Part shown: piece by piece, positions 43,149 to 55,552 of the stretch | How positions within the stretch are numbered: position 1 is the first letter of the stretch | How the letters are laid out: each line of letters starts with the position of its first letter | Origin: Naegleria gruberi | Taxonomy: Eukaryota | Assembly (NCBI GenBank): GCA_000004985.1 | Contig: GG738882.1 | Strand: one strand, 5' to 3' | DNA: 64,000 nt | Position numbers and translations under genes: made by a program | Notes under the pieces: generated by a model | What the model was told of the DNA's origin: nothing | The model's database searches: none | The model's input: the letters and a program-made list of their open reading frames with translations, nothing else

Positions 43149-45474
43149 TTAATGATCTTCGTGGCCTATTATTTCCTTTGATCCTTTTGTGATATGGTGT
43201 TCTTCTTCCTTTTCCTTTTCTCCATCAAGTGTTTCAGAAACTACATCAATCTTGGTTCCTAATAGATCCCACAAATACTCATCTAAGGTATTTCTTGCTA
43301 CCAAGTAGTGAACATTCACTGTTGATTTCTGTCCAATACGGTGAGCTCTATCTTCTGCTTGAGCTAAAAACCCACTGTTCCAAGTCAATTCACCAAACAC
43401 CACGGTTGAACATGGCACAAAATTGAGTCCAACACCTTAATTATTGTATTCCGAAGATAAATAGGTTCATCAATACAAGCCTAACAATAAATTACATACC
43501 TGCTACTGCAATACTCAAAATAGCAACTTTAACATCTGGATCCTCTCTAAATTCTTGAGAGATTGCATGTCTTTGTTCAACTGGAGTTTCTCCATCAATT
43601 CTTACAAACTTTAGTTTTTTTCCCTCATTCTTTTCAACCTCCTCAATCTCTTTTTTAATTTCTTCTTCGATGGCATTCATTACAGATCTGTGATGAGCAA
43701 AAATGATAAACTTTTCTCCTTTCTTGAAAGTATATCTGGCATATCTTGCTACAGTTTTTTGCTTAGCAATAGCAGTCAAATTGAATTTTTGAAGAATTTC
43801 AATATCATTTGGATCAAACCTCAAATTTTTACCCTTTCTTTGATTGAAATTCTCAAATGTTAATCTGTGAGGACCTATATCCTCATCTGGAAGACTCAAA
43901 TATGTCAAATAACGTCTCTTTGGAGGTAATTGAGTTAAGACATCTCTTTTCAGTCTTCTAATCATTATCGAACGACTAAGCAACAAGTTAAGTTCTGAAA
44001 GGAATCTATTGCCTCTATAGTCTGCACCCGTAAAGAAATTAGTTTTGAGATCACAATATCTATATCCAAATTCAGTCTTTTTGAGTAATGTCTTTTTAGA
44101 TTTTGGACCACATAAAAGAGCCTTCATTTGTGTGAACAACTCAATTGGTCTGGAAGGACTTGCTGTTCCTGATATGAGAACTAATCTCTTTGCGCTTCTC
44201 AATAGTGGAATAATATTCTGGGTTCTCTTAGATCCATCATTCTTGAGCATGTGAGATTCATCTGTGATAATAATTGAAAAATCTAGTAACCATTTCACAG
44301 CATCAGAATTTTCATCTTCAGCATTCTTTGAAGCCAAATCATACGAGATAATATATACAAGATATTTCTTTGGGTTTTCCCTAGTTTCTTCAATCACTTT
44401 GGCAAGTCCTTGTGAACTATCAACAATACAAATATAAGGATCTAAAGAATCTCCAGTAAAATTAAACTCCTTTCCCATGTGCTTTTTCAGCCATTCAGCA
44501 TCTATCCATGTATTAAGCTCCCTTCTCCAGTTATTGTGAAGACTACAAGGTCCAATAATTAACATAGGCCATTCTTTCGGATAAAAAGAGGCAATTCCCA
44601 AGGCCTGTAGTGTCTTTCCCAGACCCATTTCGTCACTAATTTCAATAATTATTACATCTGTTGTAAGAAACAGTTAAACTTACCACAGCATAACTCTTCC
44701 ATCTCTTGAAATGGCATACTCAATGCCCTCTTTTTGAAAAGGTAAAATGTTATTATATAAATTAGATGGAAGTCTCAGTGAAAGGTCGTAATCTTTAGGT
44801 GATTTCTTCGATTTGTTTTTAAAAGATTTGATTTGGTTTTCGTAGTGATCCAAAACTTGAAAAACGAATGGTGGTATAGGTTCAAAAGAAACATCCTCAT
44901 GTTCCTCAGTGAAAAATCTTAAAATTTCATCATAATCATAATATGAAAAGTATAAAACTGGTGGTGCCTTAGAATTGTCCTTTTTCTCTATTGGTTCATC
45001 TTGTAAATATTCGTCCTTTTCTTGTTCTTCATCTTTTGGAAGAACTTCATGCTCTATGTGGAAAGTAGATTTCAGAGATTCAGCCAATCTATCATAAACC
45101 TTTTTACTTGGAAATGACATTTTAATACTCAATTTATCAGTTATTGAGTGTAATCCCAATTCTTTCTTATTTCTAAAAGTTGCAATTTCCAATTGTATCC
45201 TCTTTGATCTTTCCTTCTCCTCTATTTTGTGATCAGTCATCTTTTGCACTGCCACTCTCTTTTTCCAATCCCATCCTGATTTTAAATTCTTTCCGAAATG
45301 AGAACTAAAACTTCTACAAGTTGTTTGATAATTGTTCCTTTCATTCATCATCACAGAATTTGTAAAATTAAAAGAAACTGCTCCGAAGGAGTGATGATCA
45401 TGGGAAGAAGCACAAACTTTCCAACAAGATTGCAATCGGATTGTCGAAGACAATCGTTTAGTGTTGGTGAGCAT
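43149..45474 (-). CDS. SNF2-family DNA-dependent ATPase, SMARCAL1/HARP-like annealing helicase, 3 exons
   Basis: Introns at 44629-44676 and about 43419-43491 were verified in frame. This gives LPFQKEGIEYAISRDGRVMLWCDEMGLGKTLQALG (motif I), IIITDESHMLKN (DESH box), [43 protein letters not shown] (motifs V-VI). The N-terminal region has a W..WK HARP-like segment. Confidence 0.7.
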
Positions 45475-45773
45475 TTTTTTTGACTTTGTTTTCCAATCAA
45501 TTAATGTTCATCAAATCATTAGAAACTCATTCTTAGAGGATCGAGTAATCTCTAGAATTCCAATCAAAATCATCAATTTTTGATAAGATTACTCCATAGA
45601 ACAGAATGAAGGCAAACTATTTATCATTCAAATAAAATTGATAAGGAAAGCCCTTAAGATTTTTGATTAAAAATTTGGCGCCAAATCTCTAGACATCAAA
45701 TGAAAACCTTCCGAATCGATTTACCCTGGAATGTTTGTTGAGGTAAAATTACAAATTTCAAAGCCTTCAAAAA

Positions 45774-47342
45774 ATGTCTCTTGTTGTCTATCGGCTTGAG
45801 AATAGTCAAGCGGTTTCAGAGAAGAAACATCAAATCTTTGAAAAGACTTTAAATAATACTAATGATGAAAAAACGAATAGTGGAAATAATGAGGATAGAA
45901 CCAAATCAACCGTATTGGATTTAAGAACATGTACTCAAGTTGCTCAAACATCATCATTATTAGGAATGTTGGAAAATTTAAAAAAGCTCTCACTGACCTC
46001 TCAGGTGGCTATTGAGAGTATAACTAGAGAGGCCGATAAAACATTCGAAAGAGTCTATCAGGTACATGAAAAAGTTATCATTCTAACGGAGAAAGTAAAT
46101 AGAATTAAGGAGTTTTATGACAACTCTCAATTTGAAGAAATTCAGAGAAAGCAAGTTATTCAACGAGTGGATTATAAGGAACCAGAACAAGGAAGATTTA
46201 ATAGTGAGACTATACCCTATGGTTGGTTTGAACAATATCAGAAATGTGAGGATATGCCAAACTTTAGGATAGTTGATGAGTATTTATTGAAACCTCCCTA
46301 TTTACAGTCTTATTACAAGAACTATTCGAATCCTGATGGTTTATTCTCGACATGGAAAGATACCTTTGTTAGGCATTTGAGGAACGAGCAGCAGAAAGAA
46401 CGAGAGCTGCATAATCAAACACAATCATCCCAAACTCAATCAATAATCTTTCTGAAGAAGAAACATTCCGTTGGTGATGTAATAGTTCCAGAAAAGAGAG
46501 TGAAGAAAGTGATACCTGTGTGGAAGAAATATGATAAGAACAATGGATCTAAGGTAACGCTACAGCAAGAAGGAACAATATTCGAAAATATTCAACAAAT
46601 TACAATTTCTGAGAATCAAAATCAATCTCTTTCAAGAACAAGAAGCTCTGTTTTGAGAAGCGCTGGAAGTCAAAAGAAGATTGACAATTCTGTTCTTTCC
46701 CCAGAGGAGCCAAAGATAAAATCACCAATGGAAGAAAAGATGAAGACGTTGTTAAAGAAAACAAGAAGTCAAAACAACACCCTAGAAGCTGTAACTACTC
46801 AAAAACTGCCAGAAATACAGCCGAACCAAAACACCTTAACACCTGATTACTCACCAGAATCTAAGGTAATAGAAATTGCTCCCTCTTCTGAGCAAGTTAA
46901 CCAACCTGTCAGCATCATTCCACCAGTTCCTAATATTCCTCCTCCACCTGTGAATATCGTACCAGTCGCTAAACCTGTTGATCTTAAGCCAATCGTTCCA
47001 CCAGTTCCAAAAACTCAACCAGTGCCTCCTTCTATTAACATTTCTCTTTCTCAAAGTTTGGTCAACTCTGCAACAGCAATATCTGGAAAGGCAATGTTGA
47101 AACCAACATCACCAAGAGAACAGACAGCTAAAAATGATGCTGTTGCTGATCTTCTGGAAGGAATAAGAAACGGAATCAAACTTTCCAAAGCATCAGAACG
47201 TGTTCTTGCTGAAAAACCAGCTGCAAAGCAGTCATTTGATGTGTTCAGTGTTTTGAAAGAAAAATTCAAATTTGCAAATGCTGAAATGTCAACAGATTCA
47301 TTCTGTCCTTCAGCTTCTGGAACTTTTACTGAGGATTGGTAA
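45774..47342 (+). CDS. SCAR: SCAR/WAVE-family actin nucleation-promoting factor (SCAR homology domain, Pro-rich region, WH2, C-terminal acidic region ending in Trp)
   Basis: N-terminal region aligns to the SCAR homology domain (..EDMPNFRIVDEYLLKPPYLQSYYKNYSNPDGLFSTWKD..). Polyproline IPPVPNIPPPPVNIVP..PPVPKTQPVPP. WH2 DAVADLLEGIRNGIKLSK. Terminal ..FTEDW. Confidence 0.6.
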   Translation: MSLVVYRLENSQAVSEKKHQIFEKTLNNTNDEKTNSGNNEDRTKSTVLDLRTCTQVAQTSSLLGMLENLKKLSLTSQVAIESITREADKTFERVYQVHEKVIILTEKVNRIKEFYDNSQFEEIQRKQVIQRVDYKEPEQGRFNSETIPYGWFEQYQKCEDMPNFRIVDEYLLKPPYLQSYYKNYSNPDGLFSTWKDTFVRHLRNEQQKERELHNQTQSSQTQSIIFLKKKHSVGDVIVPEKRVKKVIPVWKKYDKNNGSKVTLQQEGTIFENIQQITISENQNQSLSRTRSSVLRSAGSQKKIDNSVLSPEEPKIKSPMEEKMKTLLKKTRSQNNTLEAVTTQKLPEIQPNQNTLTPDYSPESKVIEIAPSSEQVNQPVSIIPPVPNIPPPPVNIVPVAKPVDLKPIVPPVPKTQPVPPSINISLSQSLVNSATAISGKAMLKPTSPREQTAKNDAVADLLEGIRNGIKLSKASERVLAEKPAAKQSFDVFSVLKEKFKFANAEMSTDSFCPSASGTFTEDW

Positions 47343-47420
47343 TCTTAATTGATTATTATTAACATTCCTAATTAATGAAACACCTTGTAAACTTATAATT
47401 CAAACAACATTGAAATAAAA

Positions 47421-47876
47421 ATGAAAGATCCATCCTATTTCCATCACAAAACGCCCAATCAAATTAAATCATCAATAACCTCTCCGAACACTAACAAAAC
47501 CTTCATCAAATACTTTCAATATTCTAAATTGAAATACATTATACCAATTTCAATATGTACTTTTATTCTAGGTTATAATAAAGAATATATCGAATGGGAA
47601 TGGGATCAATACAAGTCAGCACAAAGAAAACGAGACAAGTTTTTAGCCAATAATGCCTATTATCAAAAGTATCAAACAAGACCTCCTGGATATAAAGGTT
47701 CAATGGAAGAATTACATGAGAATAGAGAACCTGTTGGATTAATTTCTAGAACCTTCTTCCGTATTAAATTATGGATTATGGAGCATGAGAGTAAATTAGA
47801 TCCTATTCTGAATCCAACCGGAAATACAGAAAATCGTGAAAAGGCCTATGAAAGTCTGAGGAAAAATCGTCAATAA
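47421..47876 (+). CDS. Hypothetical 151-aa protein with one TM segment
   Basis: ORF with TM YIIPISICTFILGY. No motif recognised. Confidence 0.35.
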   Translation: MKDPSYFHHKTPNQIKSSITSPNTNKTFIKYFQYSKLKYIIPISICTFILGYNKEYIEWEWDQYKSAQRKRDKFLANNAYYQKYQTRPPGYKGSMEELHENREPVGLISRTFFRIKLWIMEHESKLDPILNPTGNTENREKAYESLRKNRQ

Positions 47877-47878
47877 CA

Positions 47879-48136
47879 CTATTGACTATTGTCTGAATTA
47901 TTGTCACTGTGTTGTTGTTGCTGTTGTTGTTGTAACGGAAATTGTTGGTTAATAATTTCAAATATTTGTAATCTTCCACACTCTGTAAATTCCAAGTCCT
48001 CAACTTGTTGCAAAGAGTCTGCGTATTGAAGAATATCTTTAATTTTCTCTTCAAGAGGACGAGACTTTATCGTTGATATTTCCTCAACAATTTCTTCAAG
48101 TGTCCAAGAATCAGCGTGAGTTTCCGAAGGCTTCAT
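47879..48136 (-). CDS. Hypothetical 85-aa protein with C-terminal poly-Gln
   Basis: ORF. The CAA/CAG repeat at 47913-47940 encodes QQQQQQQ. Confidence 0.3.
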   Translation of the reverse strand: MKPSETHADSWTLEEIVEEISTIKSRPLEEKIKDILQYADSLQQVEDLEFTECGRLQIFEIINQQFPLQQQQQQQHSDNNSDNSQ

Positions 48137-48399
48137 TCTTTAATGATTTAATTCTAAGTTTTTTTTAAAGCGGGCTGGTTTCAAATTTTTGTAAACTAGG
48201 CAAGGACGACAAATTTAAAAAAATGCTCAACAGATTAGCCACCACTGTACGTTATTTTTTAAACAGCTCTTGCTTACCACTCTTCAATTTCGCACACTTT
48301 TTGTACAACAAAAACAACAACATCATGATGAATTATTATTATTGCAAATTGTTATTATAAATTAACAACAATGTGTTATATTACTAAAATTTTAATAGA

Positions 48400-48914
48400 A
48401 GGCAACAAGCAAGATTCTCTGCAACAACAACTCCAAGAGATCATACGCTGTCGTTGCTCAAACTCCACGTGCCTACGATACTTCAAAGGAAGCTTTCAAG
48501 GCCGCTTCTCCACTCCAATCTCTCTGGAACAATGGTGCCTATGAGGATAGATTAATTTCTTTGTTGACTGCTATCCGTCCATATAAAATTACCCCAGAAT
48601 TCATTGCTGCTGCCAATGAAGCTCTTAACAAACAATACAAGACTGAAGATCTCATTCCAAAGGAAAAGAATCTTGAATTTGCTAGAGCTATGGATGGTGT
48701 TGATACTATTGAATTGGACGAACATACATTGATTTCCTTCTACGGTGAAGATTACAAAGATATTTTGAATGAATTCTTTGAATTGAAGCCTGTCCTCTCC
48801 CAAAGAGCTATGGATAGATATCTTCAATTGAATCATGAAGAATATCTTAAAATCAAGAAGGAAAGAGCTGAAAAGATTTTGACTTGGTGCCAAGAAACTG
48901 CCAAATCTTTGTAA
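48400..48914 (+). CDS. Hypothetical small protein, possibly mitochondrial; 5' exon/start unresolved
   Basis: Continuous frame ..YAVVAQTPRAYDTSKEAFKAASPLQSLW.. runs into ORF 48561-48914. Confidence 0.35.
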
Positions 48915-48954
48915 ATTCAAGTATCATAAAAATTAGGGTTTTTTACTCCGTAAA

Positions 48955-49575
48955 TTATGATTTGGTTTCTTGTACTTTTTGTTCTAGTGAAACTTTTTCA
49001 AAACTCAATCTTGCCAATTCTCTATTCGAATAGAACTTTTCACGATTTAGGGCTTGTGTTTCTCTGATATCTTTGGTTGGTTTTTGAGAATAAAGTGAAA
49101 GCATATACATTGTGAAACTTCCTTCATCACTAAGTGTTTTGGCAATTTCTTGTTTGACATGTTGTTCAGTCCAATCACTGATTGCTAAAAGGTTGAAATT
49201 TAAAAAGAAAATAATATGAAATAGACAGACAGCAAAAAAGAATAGACCTCTATGCCATTTCCCTCTTCCTGACCTTGATTTTTCAATCTTTTCAAGTTGG
49301 TCATTTGTAACTTGCAATCTGTGACGCCACTGTGAGAAGGTAGTTTGAATACTACCCAAAGTATCTGTTAGTCCGTGTAAGAATGATTTTTCATTGTCTG
49401 ATTCAATTTCTGTATTTACAATATTATTTTGTTCCTTTTTTTCTGTTAATTCCGAAGCATTAATTTTACTATCATTAATTGTAGAATAACAACATTTCCG
49501 TATATTTCCAATTTTGAAATGATGATAGAGTTGAATGCTAATTTTCGAAGAATGATTCAGTTTACGTCTTATCAT
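48955..49575 (-). CDS. Hypothetical mitochondrial-type membrane protein (basic presequence, coiled coil, one TM)
   Basis: MIRRKLNHSSK.. N-terminus. TM GLFFFAVCLFHIIFFLNFNLLAI. Confidence 0.4.
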   Translation of the reverse strand: MIRRKLNHSSKISIQLYHHFKIGNIRKCCYSTINDSKINASELTEKKEQNNIVNTEIESDNEKSFLHGLTDTLGSIQTTFSQWRHRLQVTNDQLEKIEKSRSGRGKWHRGLFFFAVCLFHIIFFLNFNLLAISDWTEQHVKQEIAKTLSDEGSFTMYMLSLYSQKPTKDIRETQALNREKFYSNRELARLSFEKVSLEQKVQETKS

Positions 49576-49696
49576 TTTTTATATGACTTAATATTTTAAT
49601 TTTCTAATATTTATTTATCATTATTATTGTTATCAAATTTAATGATCAACATATTAAAGATTAATATATGAATAAGTATTAAAATTAATACTTTAT

Positions 49697-50506
49697 TTAT
49701 CGTACTTTTTGTTTCAATTTTTGAAGATTTTGCAAATCATTAATTTTTCCGCTGCTCTTTCCTTCAAAACCTGCTCTCTTCTTTGTTGAATTTGGTTTTT
49801 GTTTCTTCTTCTTCATATCTTGTTGTCTCTTCAATTTAGATTGTAAAACTTTAACATCAGAGTCATCTCTTCCTTTAACAATTTTAGTCATGGCAGACTG
49901 TAACTTTTCTTCCTTAGCAATCTTATCACCATGCTTCATATGACTCAACTTGGTTTGATGTTTACGTTTTTCCGAGAGTGCTTTTTTGATACTCCTTGAA
50001 CTCTTCAAACTATCACCACTTGTGGTATGAACATCAGTATCATCTTGCAAAGAGTCGATAACTTTAGAGAATTTCATAGAGGATGTATCAGTTTCTTTTC
50101 GTTTTCTCTTCTTTCCGTCCATTTCTTCATCTTCGAAAATAGGTTCATCATCTTCATCATCGGATCCTTCAATTCCCAATTTTTTGTTGTATCTCTTTTG
50201 TGCTTTCTTAGACATTTTAGATTTTTCAAACTTTTCCTTTTGTTTCTTGACTACATATTGTTTAAGTAATTCATCTTCATCATCCGAGTCTTCTGGGCCT
50301 GCTGTAGTAACTACAGTATTATTGGTAGAAAACATGGAAAAGACTGAAAAAAATCATTTAGTAAACAATTAACAAATCAACTTACAATTTAAAAATTGAT
50401 GAATATTGTTTGATAATTGTTCATTGTTTTCTGTCGTCGAAGAAGTGATGCCTGCTGAATTCTTGTCCGTAATCGATTCTGTTGATGAAGCTTGTTGTGA
50501 TGTCAT
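49697..50506 (-). CDS. Lys-rich acidic/basic nucleolar-type protein, 2 exons
   Basis: Exon 1 MTSQQASS..NIHQFLN joins via GTAAGT..TTTCAG (about 50335-50389) to FFSMFSTNN..DSDDEDELLKQ..KKRKRKE... Confidence 0.45.
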
Positions 50507-50673
50507 TTGTTTTTTTTTAATCAAATTAATTTCAAATTTAATGTTGAAAATTGTCTTTGAAGCGATTTCTTGCACAAAGTTTGTTGGAGGATCCAAAAGA
50601 AAGAGATTGCAGTAATAATAACAGAGAGGTTTTAAATTGTTACATTAGGTTTTGTTATTATATTGTTAGCAGA

Positions 50674-53516
50674 TTAGGCAGTGGTTGTTGTGTTGAATAA
50701 ATTTGTACCAGTGTAATTGAGATAGAGAGGACCAACAACAAGAGTGATGGTGGCTAATAATTTACAAAGAACGTGAATACTTGGACCAGTTGTGTCTTTG
50801 AAAGGATCTCCAATAGTATCACCAATAACAGCTGCTTTGTGAATGGCAGATCCTTTACCTCCGAGAACCTTGTCCATTTCAGTCAACTTCTTAGCATTAT
50901 CCCAAGCTCCACCAGCATTATTGAAGAAGAGAGCCATTAAGATACAAGTAATAGTAGCAACCATCAAGAAACCAGCACTAACTTCTGCTCCTAGATTTGG
51001 TTGCCCCACAGCAGCACCAACACCCTTAAATATAAACCCAACCAAGACTGGAACTAAAACAGACAAAAGACCTGGGAAGATCATTTGTATGAGAGATGCA
51101 CGAGTAACAATGGCAACACATCTTTCATAGTTTGGCTTTTCTCTGAATTCGAGAATACCTGGCATTTCTTGGAATTGTTTTCTAACTTCTTCAATAACAG
51201 TTTGGGCTGTTGTACCAACAGCTCTCATTGTCAAAGAGCTGAAAACAAAGACTAAGCAAGCACCAATGAGACCTCCAACAAAGACTTCTGGAACTGCAAG
51301 ATTAACAACCTTAAAGCTAGTTCCAATGTATGCTTCAACAGTATCAAGGAAAGCAGAGAATAAAAGGAAAGCAGCAAGGGCAGCAGATCCAATAGCATAA
51401 CCCTTTGTAAGAGCCTTAGTAGTGTTACCGACAGCATCTAATCTGTCAGTAATCATTCTTACATTAGCTGGTAATTGGGACATTTCAGCAATACCACCTG
51501 CATTATCAACAATTGGTCCAAGAGTATCCATAGCTAAAATATAACTAGAAGAACTAAGCATACCAATGGTAGCGACAGCTGTACCAAATAATCCACCAAT
51601 TGGTAATCCATTTTCATCAGTAATTCCACTACTTTTGCCGAGGTAGTAAGATGAAAGAATAGCAACACAAATAACAAAAACAGGGGCACCAGTTGATTCT
51701 AAACCTACAGCAATACCTGAAATAATGTTAGTAGCAGGTCCACTCTTAGACGATTCAATAATTTCCTTCACAGGTCTCCAATTAAAGTCAGTATAATAAA
51801 TGGTGATAAAGACAAATGCAAAAGAGGTAAGAACACCAATCAATCCACAAAGCATAAACTTCCACCAAGCATTTGGATAAACATCAGATCTCAATAACCA
51901 ATATGAACAAACTACAAAGAGGCAAGTTGTGACCAGAACGCTGACATAAAAACCACGGTTGAGGGCCTTCATTGGATCATCAAGGAACTCTTGTCTGATA
52001 GATGATTCTTCATTTTCTTCATTTTCCATTAAGGTTGTTTCTGACAACTCAGTATTACGAATGAGAGAATAGCTATCGTCTCCAGCACTTCCCATCTCTG
52101 TGACATCTCTAACACGAACAAAGAACATTCCTACCCAAGTTCCAATCATACCACAAACGTGAACAACAAGTGGGAAAATAATATATGAAAGTGGGGTTGA
52201 AATTTGAGGGAATGCATTGGAAGTAAGGGTACCTGCTAAAATCATTACACCTATATTTTCAGCAGAAATACTTTCGAATAAATCAGAACCTCTTCCTGCA
52301 CAATCACCAACGTTATCTCCAACAAGATCAGCAATAACAGCAGGATTTCTAATGTCATCTTCTGGAATATTTTGTTCAACCTTTCCGACAAGATCAGCAC
52401 CAACATCTGCAGCCTTGGTAAAGATACCTCCTCCAAGTTGAGCAAATAATGCTGATAAGCTGCAACCAAAAGAAAATCCGACAATCATTCCAACAATTTG
52501 AGTAGGAGTAATCATTTCCTTTGGAATGGCAAGATATAAAATAGAGAAAAGTACAATAACTCCCAATACAGATAAAGAAACTACTAAAAATCCAACAAAA
52601 GCTCCAGATCTCATTGCAATATTTAAAGCTTCTCTGTAGCTTCTTGTAGCAGCATTGGTTACTCTCGAGTTTGCATTAACTGATACAAACATTCCAACAA
52701 ATCCAGATAATCCAGAAAATAAAACTCCAATCAAGAAACTAATAGTAACTATAGCAGCAATGGCTGCAATATGAATATCAGGGTCTGTAGAACTTTTTGA
52801 CCTTAATAAATAAAGACCAAATAATAAGAAAGCAACTGGGATAGTAATACCACCTATTGCCAAATATTGAGTTTTTAAGAATCCACTGGCTCCTTCCTTA
52901 ATAGGATCAGCTACAGCAATCATTGCACTAGTACCTCTATTTTTTCTCATCACATAAACAGCAATAAAGAAAGCTCCTACCATTGAAAGCAAACAAGAGA
53001 CAATCACAAATGAAATTTGTCCCCAAGCTTCACCGTAAACAGGTGCTGTAACAGTATATGAAAATGAAACTGCTGTTGTATCATTTGTATATTTAAGTTT
53101 GCTATTAAGAGATGCTGAAATTGAGCCAACACCTGGTGTGTTACCAGCTGTGAGGGAAGTAAATACTCTTCCATCGATTCCCGATTTTGCAATTGATGGG
53201 GAAAAGTATGGTTTCATCTTATAATTTGATTTTGGGGTTGCGTAAAAATACACAGTTACATTCGGAACAGGATTACCCAATTCACCAAGAACCTGAACAA
53301 CCAATGATTTGGAGTATTTTGTTGAGGCTTCGAGTGTAACAGCTTCCATTGGCTGCATCAACTTAATTTTATATGTTTGAGCAACTGTGATCATCATCCG
53401 AAGTTAAATATTAATAAGATAATTGTTATCAACCTACCGATCGATCCAATCATCGTTAAAAGAATCATACAGACCACAAACCATGATGGTCTTTCAGTGA
53501 TTCTTGTTCTGTGCAT
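50674..53516 (-). CDS. H+-translocating inorganic pyrophosphatase, K+-independent type II (AVP2-like), with signal peptide/TM and an N-terminal lumenal extension. 2 exons.
   Basis: Core PPase motifs GGIFTKAADVGADLVGKVE, DNVGDCAGRGSDLFES, and GNTTKA (Lys at the K+-dependence position, hence type II). Exon 1 MHRTRITERPSWFVVCMILLTMIGSI joins via a 46-nt intron (53398-53443) to VAQTYKIKLMQ.., an extension of about 140 aa before the first core helix. Confidence 0.8.
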
Positions 53517-54097
53517 TTTTTTGTGTGATGAATTGTTTATGGTGTTTGTACGGTTATCATTTACGCTAATCTTTTCGTTTCCTTGGAATTGTTTGTGGAA
53601 AGTTTCTAATATTGGCCATTGTGGAAATTAATTTGATATCATTTGTGCAACAGAAAGGCCCAATGTTTTTTTTAAATATTAAACTCTGATCAAACCTGAC
53701 TTGTTATTAATCTTTTACAACTTTTTTCTTCATTTCAGATTGACCTTAATCAAGGTCAGCACAACAAGTAATAAGATTCAAAATAAATGTTGTTTAAAAA
53801 AGCAATTGAAATCCGTGTTCCAGGAATTAAATAGATGATGGTTGATATTCGGACAAACAGTAATAACCTCTCATCAAAAAACCAAGTTCAAGAATTACAA
53901 CATCTTATTGGATTGATGGAATAATCGTTACATTTGTTGACACTTATCGATAGAGAGATGAAGCGCGCAATTATTAATAAATAACCATGAGAAAGACTGT
54001 TGCTGTCTTGCAAGCGAACTGTAGTTTTACTCAAAGGCTATCCGTTACATAAATCCTTAAAAAAAAATTTAGCTCAAAGTACAACAGCAATGCGGCC

Positions 54098-55538
54098 TTC
54101 CTCTGCATTGAATAAGACTTCATCAAGTAGTGTTCGTTTAACTCCGGTGAGAGAGAGGGATGGCAGACCCCTCACTACTAAGGCTCGTAAGTTGTCGATT
54201 ATTTTCATTATTAAAATGATCAACTTCATCATTTCTTTTTCCCCCATTAAATAGAGATGGAAGTACCCGGACCAGGAAATTATAATATAAAATCATCGAT
54301 TGGAGAAGGAACAAAAGTTTCCCTTCATGGAAGATATGGCGATGTGAGTAAGTATTTTCTTTTCAGCACAAAATTGAAAATATTTAATAGTTGAGAGAAG
54401 AGCAGGACCAGGACCTGGTTCTTATACAACCCGAGGAGACTTTGAGATGGATCAAAGCGTTCGATCAAGAAAAGGATTCAGTTTAAGTTCTAGACATAAG
54501 GAAATAGCCTCTGGTGCAAATCCAGTAGGTCCTGGTGCTTATACTTTACCTTCAGAGTTTGAACAATCACCAAGAAAGGGATTTTCAATTTCTGGAAGAA
54601 CATCATCTGCATCCAAAATCAATAATCCAGGACCAGGAAGCTACTTTAAGGAAAATAGTTTTCTAAATAATCAATCACCAAAGTATTCATTATCGGGAAG
54701 ACACTCCATTTCATCAGCAATTAATCCAGTAGTAGGACCAGGATCATACAAGTCAAAATCAGATTTTGAGATCTCTTCAAAGGGATTTTCAATTTCAGGA
54801 AGAACTAAATCAAACACAAAATCATTTGTTCCTGGGCCAGGTCAATATTCTCTAGGCACTGATTTCAATACAGAAGGAAAGAAGGGATTTTCTCTTTCCT
54901 ATCGTCATAAGGAATTATCCCCAACAAGTGTAGTACCTGGACCTGGTGCATATACTGTTCCTACATCATTTAATGGTTCACAAAGTGCAAGTTTTAAGGG
55001 AAGGACGAAAGAAATGAATGGCAAATTTGATAATCCAGGTCCTGGAGCTTATCAATCTAAATCCGATTTTGAACTAGGAAAGAAGGGATTCAGCCTTTCT
55101 GGAAGACATAGAGATAATTCACCAAATTCTTTTTCTCCTGGGCCAGGTGCTTATCAAAACAAATCAGATTTCGAATCTCATTATGGATCACCTAGATTTT
55201 CATTCTCTGGAAGACACAGAGATATGTCACCAAATAACACATCTGTTGGACCTGGAAGTTACAACTTGCCAACAGATTTCAATAATAGTCCAAAGAAAGG
55301 ATTTTCTCTGTCGTCTAGACACAGAGATTTATCCCCAACCAGTGTAGTACCTGGACCTGGAGCTTATCAAAACAAATCAGACTTTGAGGGGTCAATGAGA
55401 TCTCCAAAAGGTTATTCACTTTCAGGAAGAACGAGTCTAGCTAACAGGTCGATGGAAGGTGTTCCAGGACCTGGCCAATATTCTCTTGGAAGTACAATTG
55501 GAACATCACCAGCCCATGTATTTGGTACTGGAATTTAA
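54098..55538 (+). CDS. Sperm-tail PG-rich repeat (STPG/SHIPPO) protein, about 4 exons
   Basis: At least 10 tandem repeats of about 33 aa, each with PGPGAY/PGPGSY plus a K-GFSLSGR motif. Short 5' exons with GTAAGT donors near 54187 and 54349. Confidence 0.7.
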
Positions 55539-55552
55539 CATGTATTATAAAT

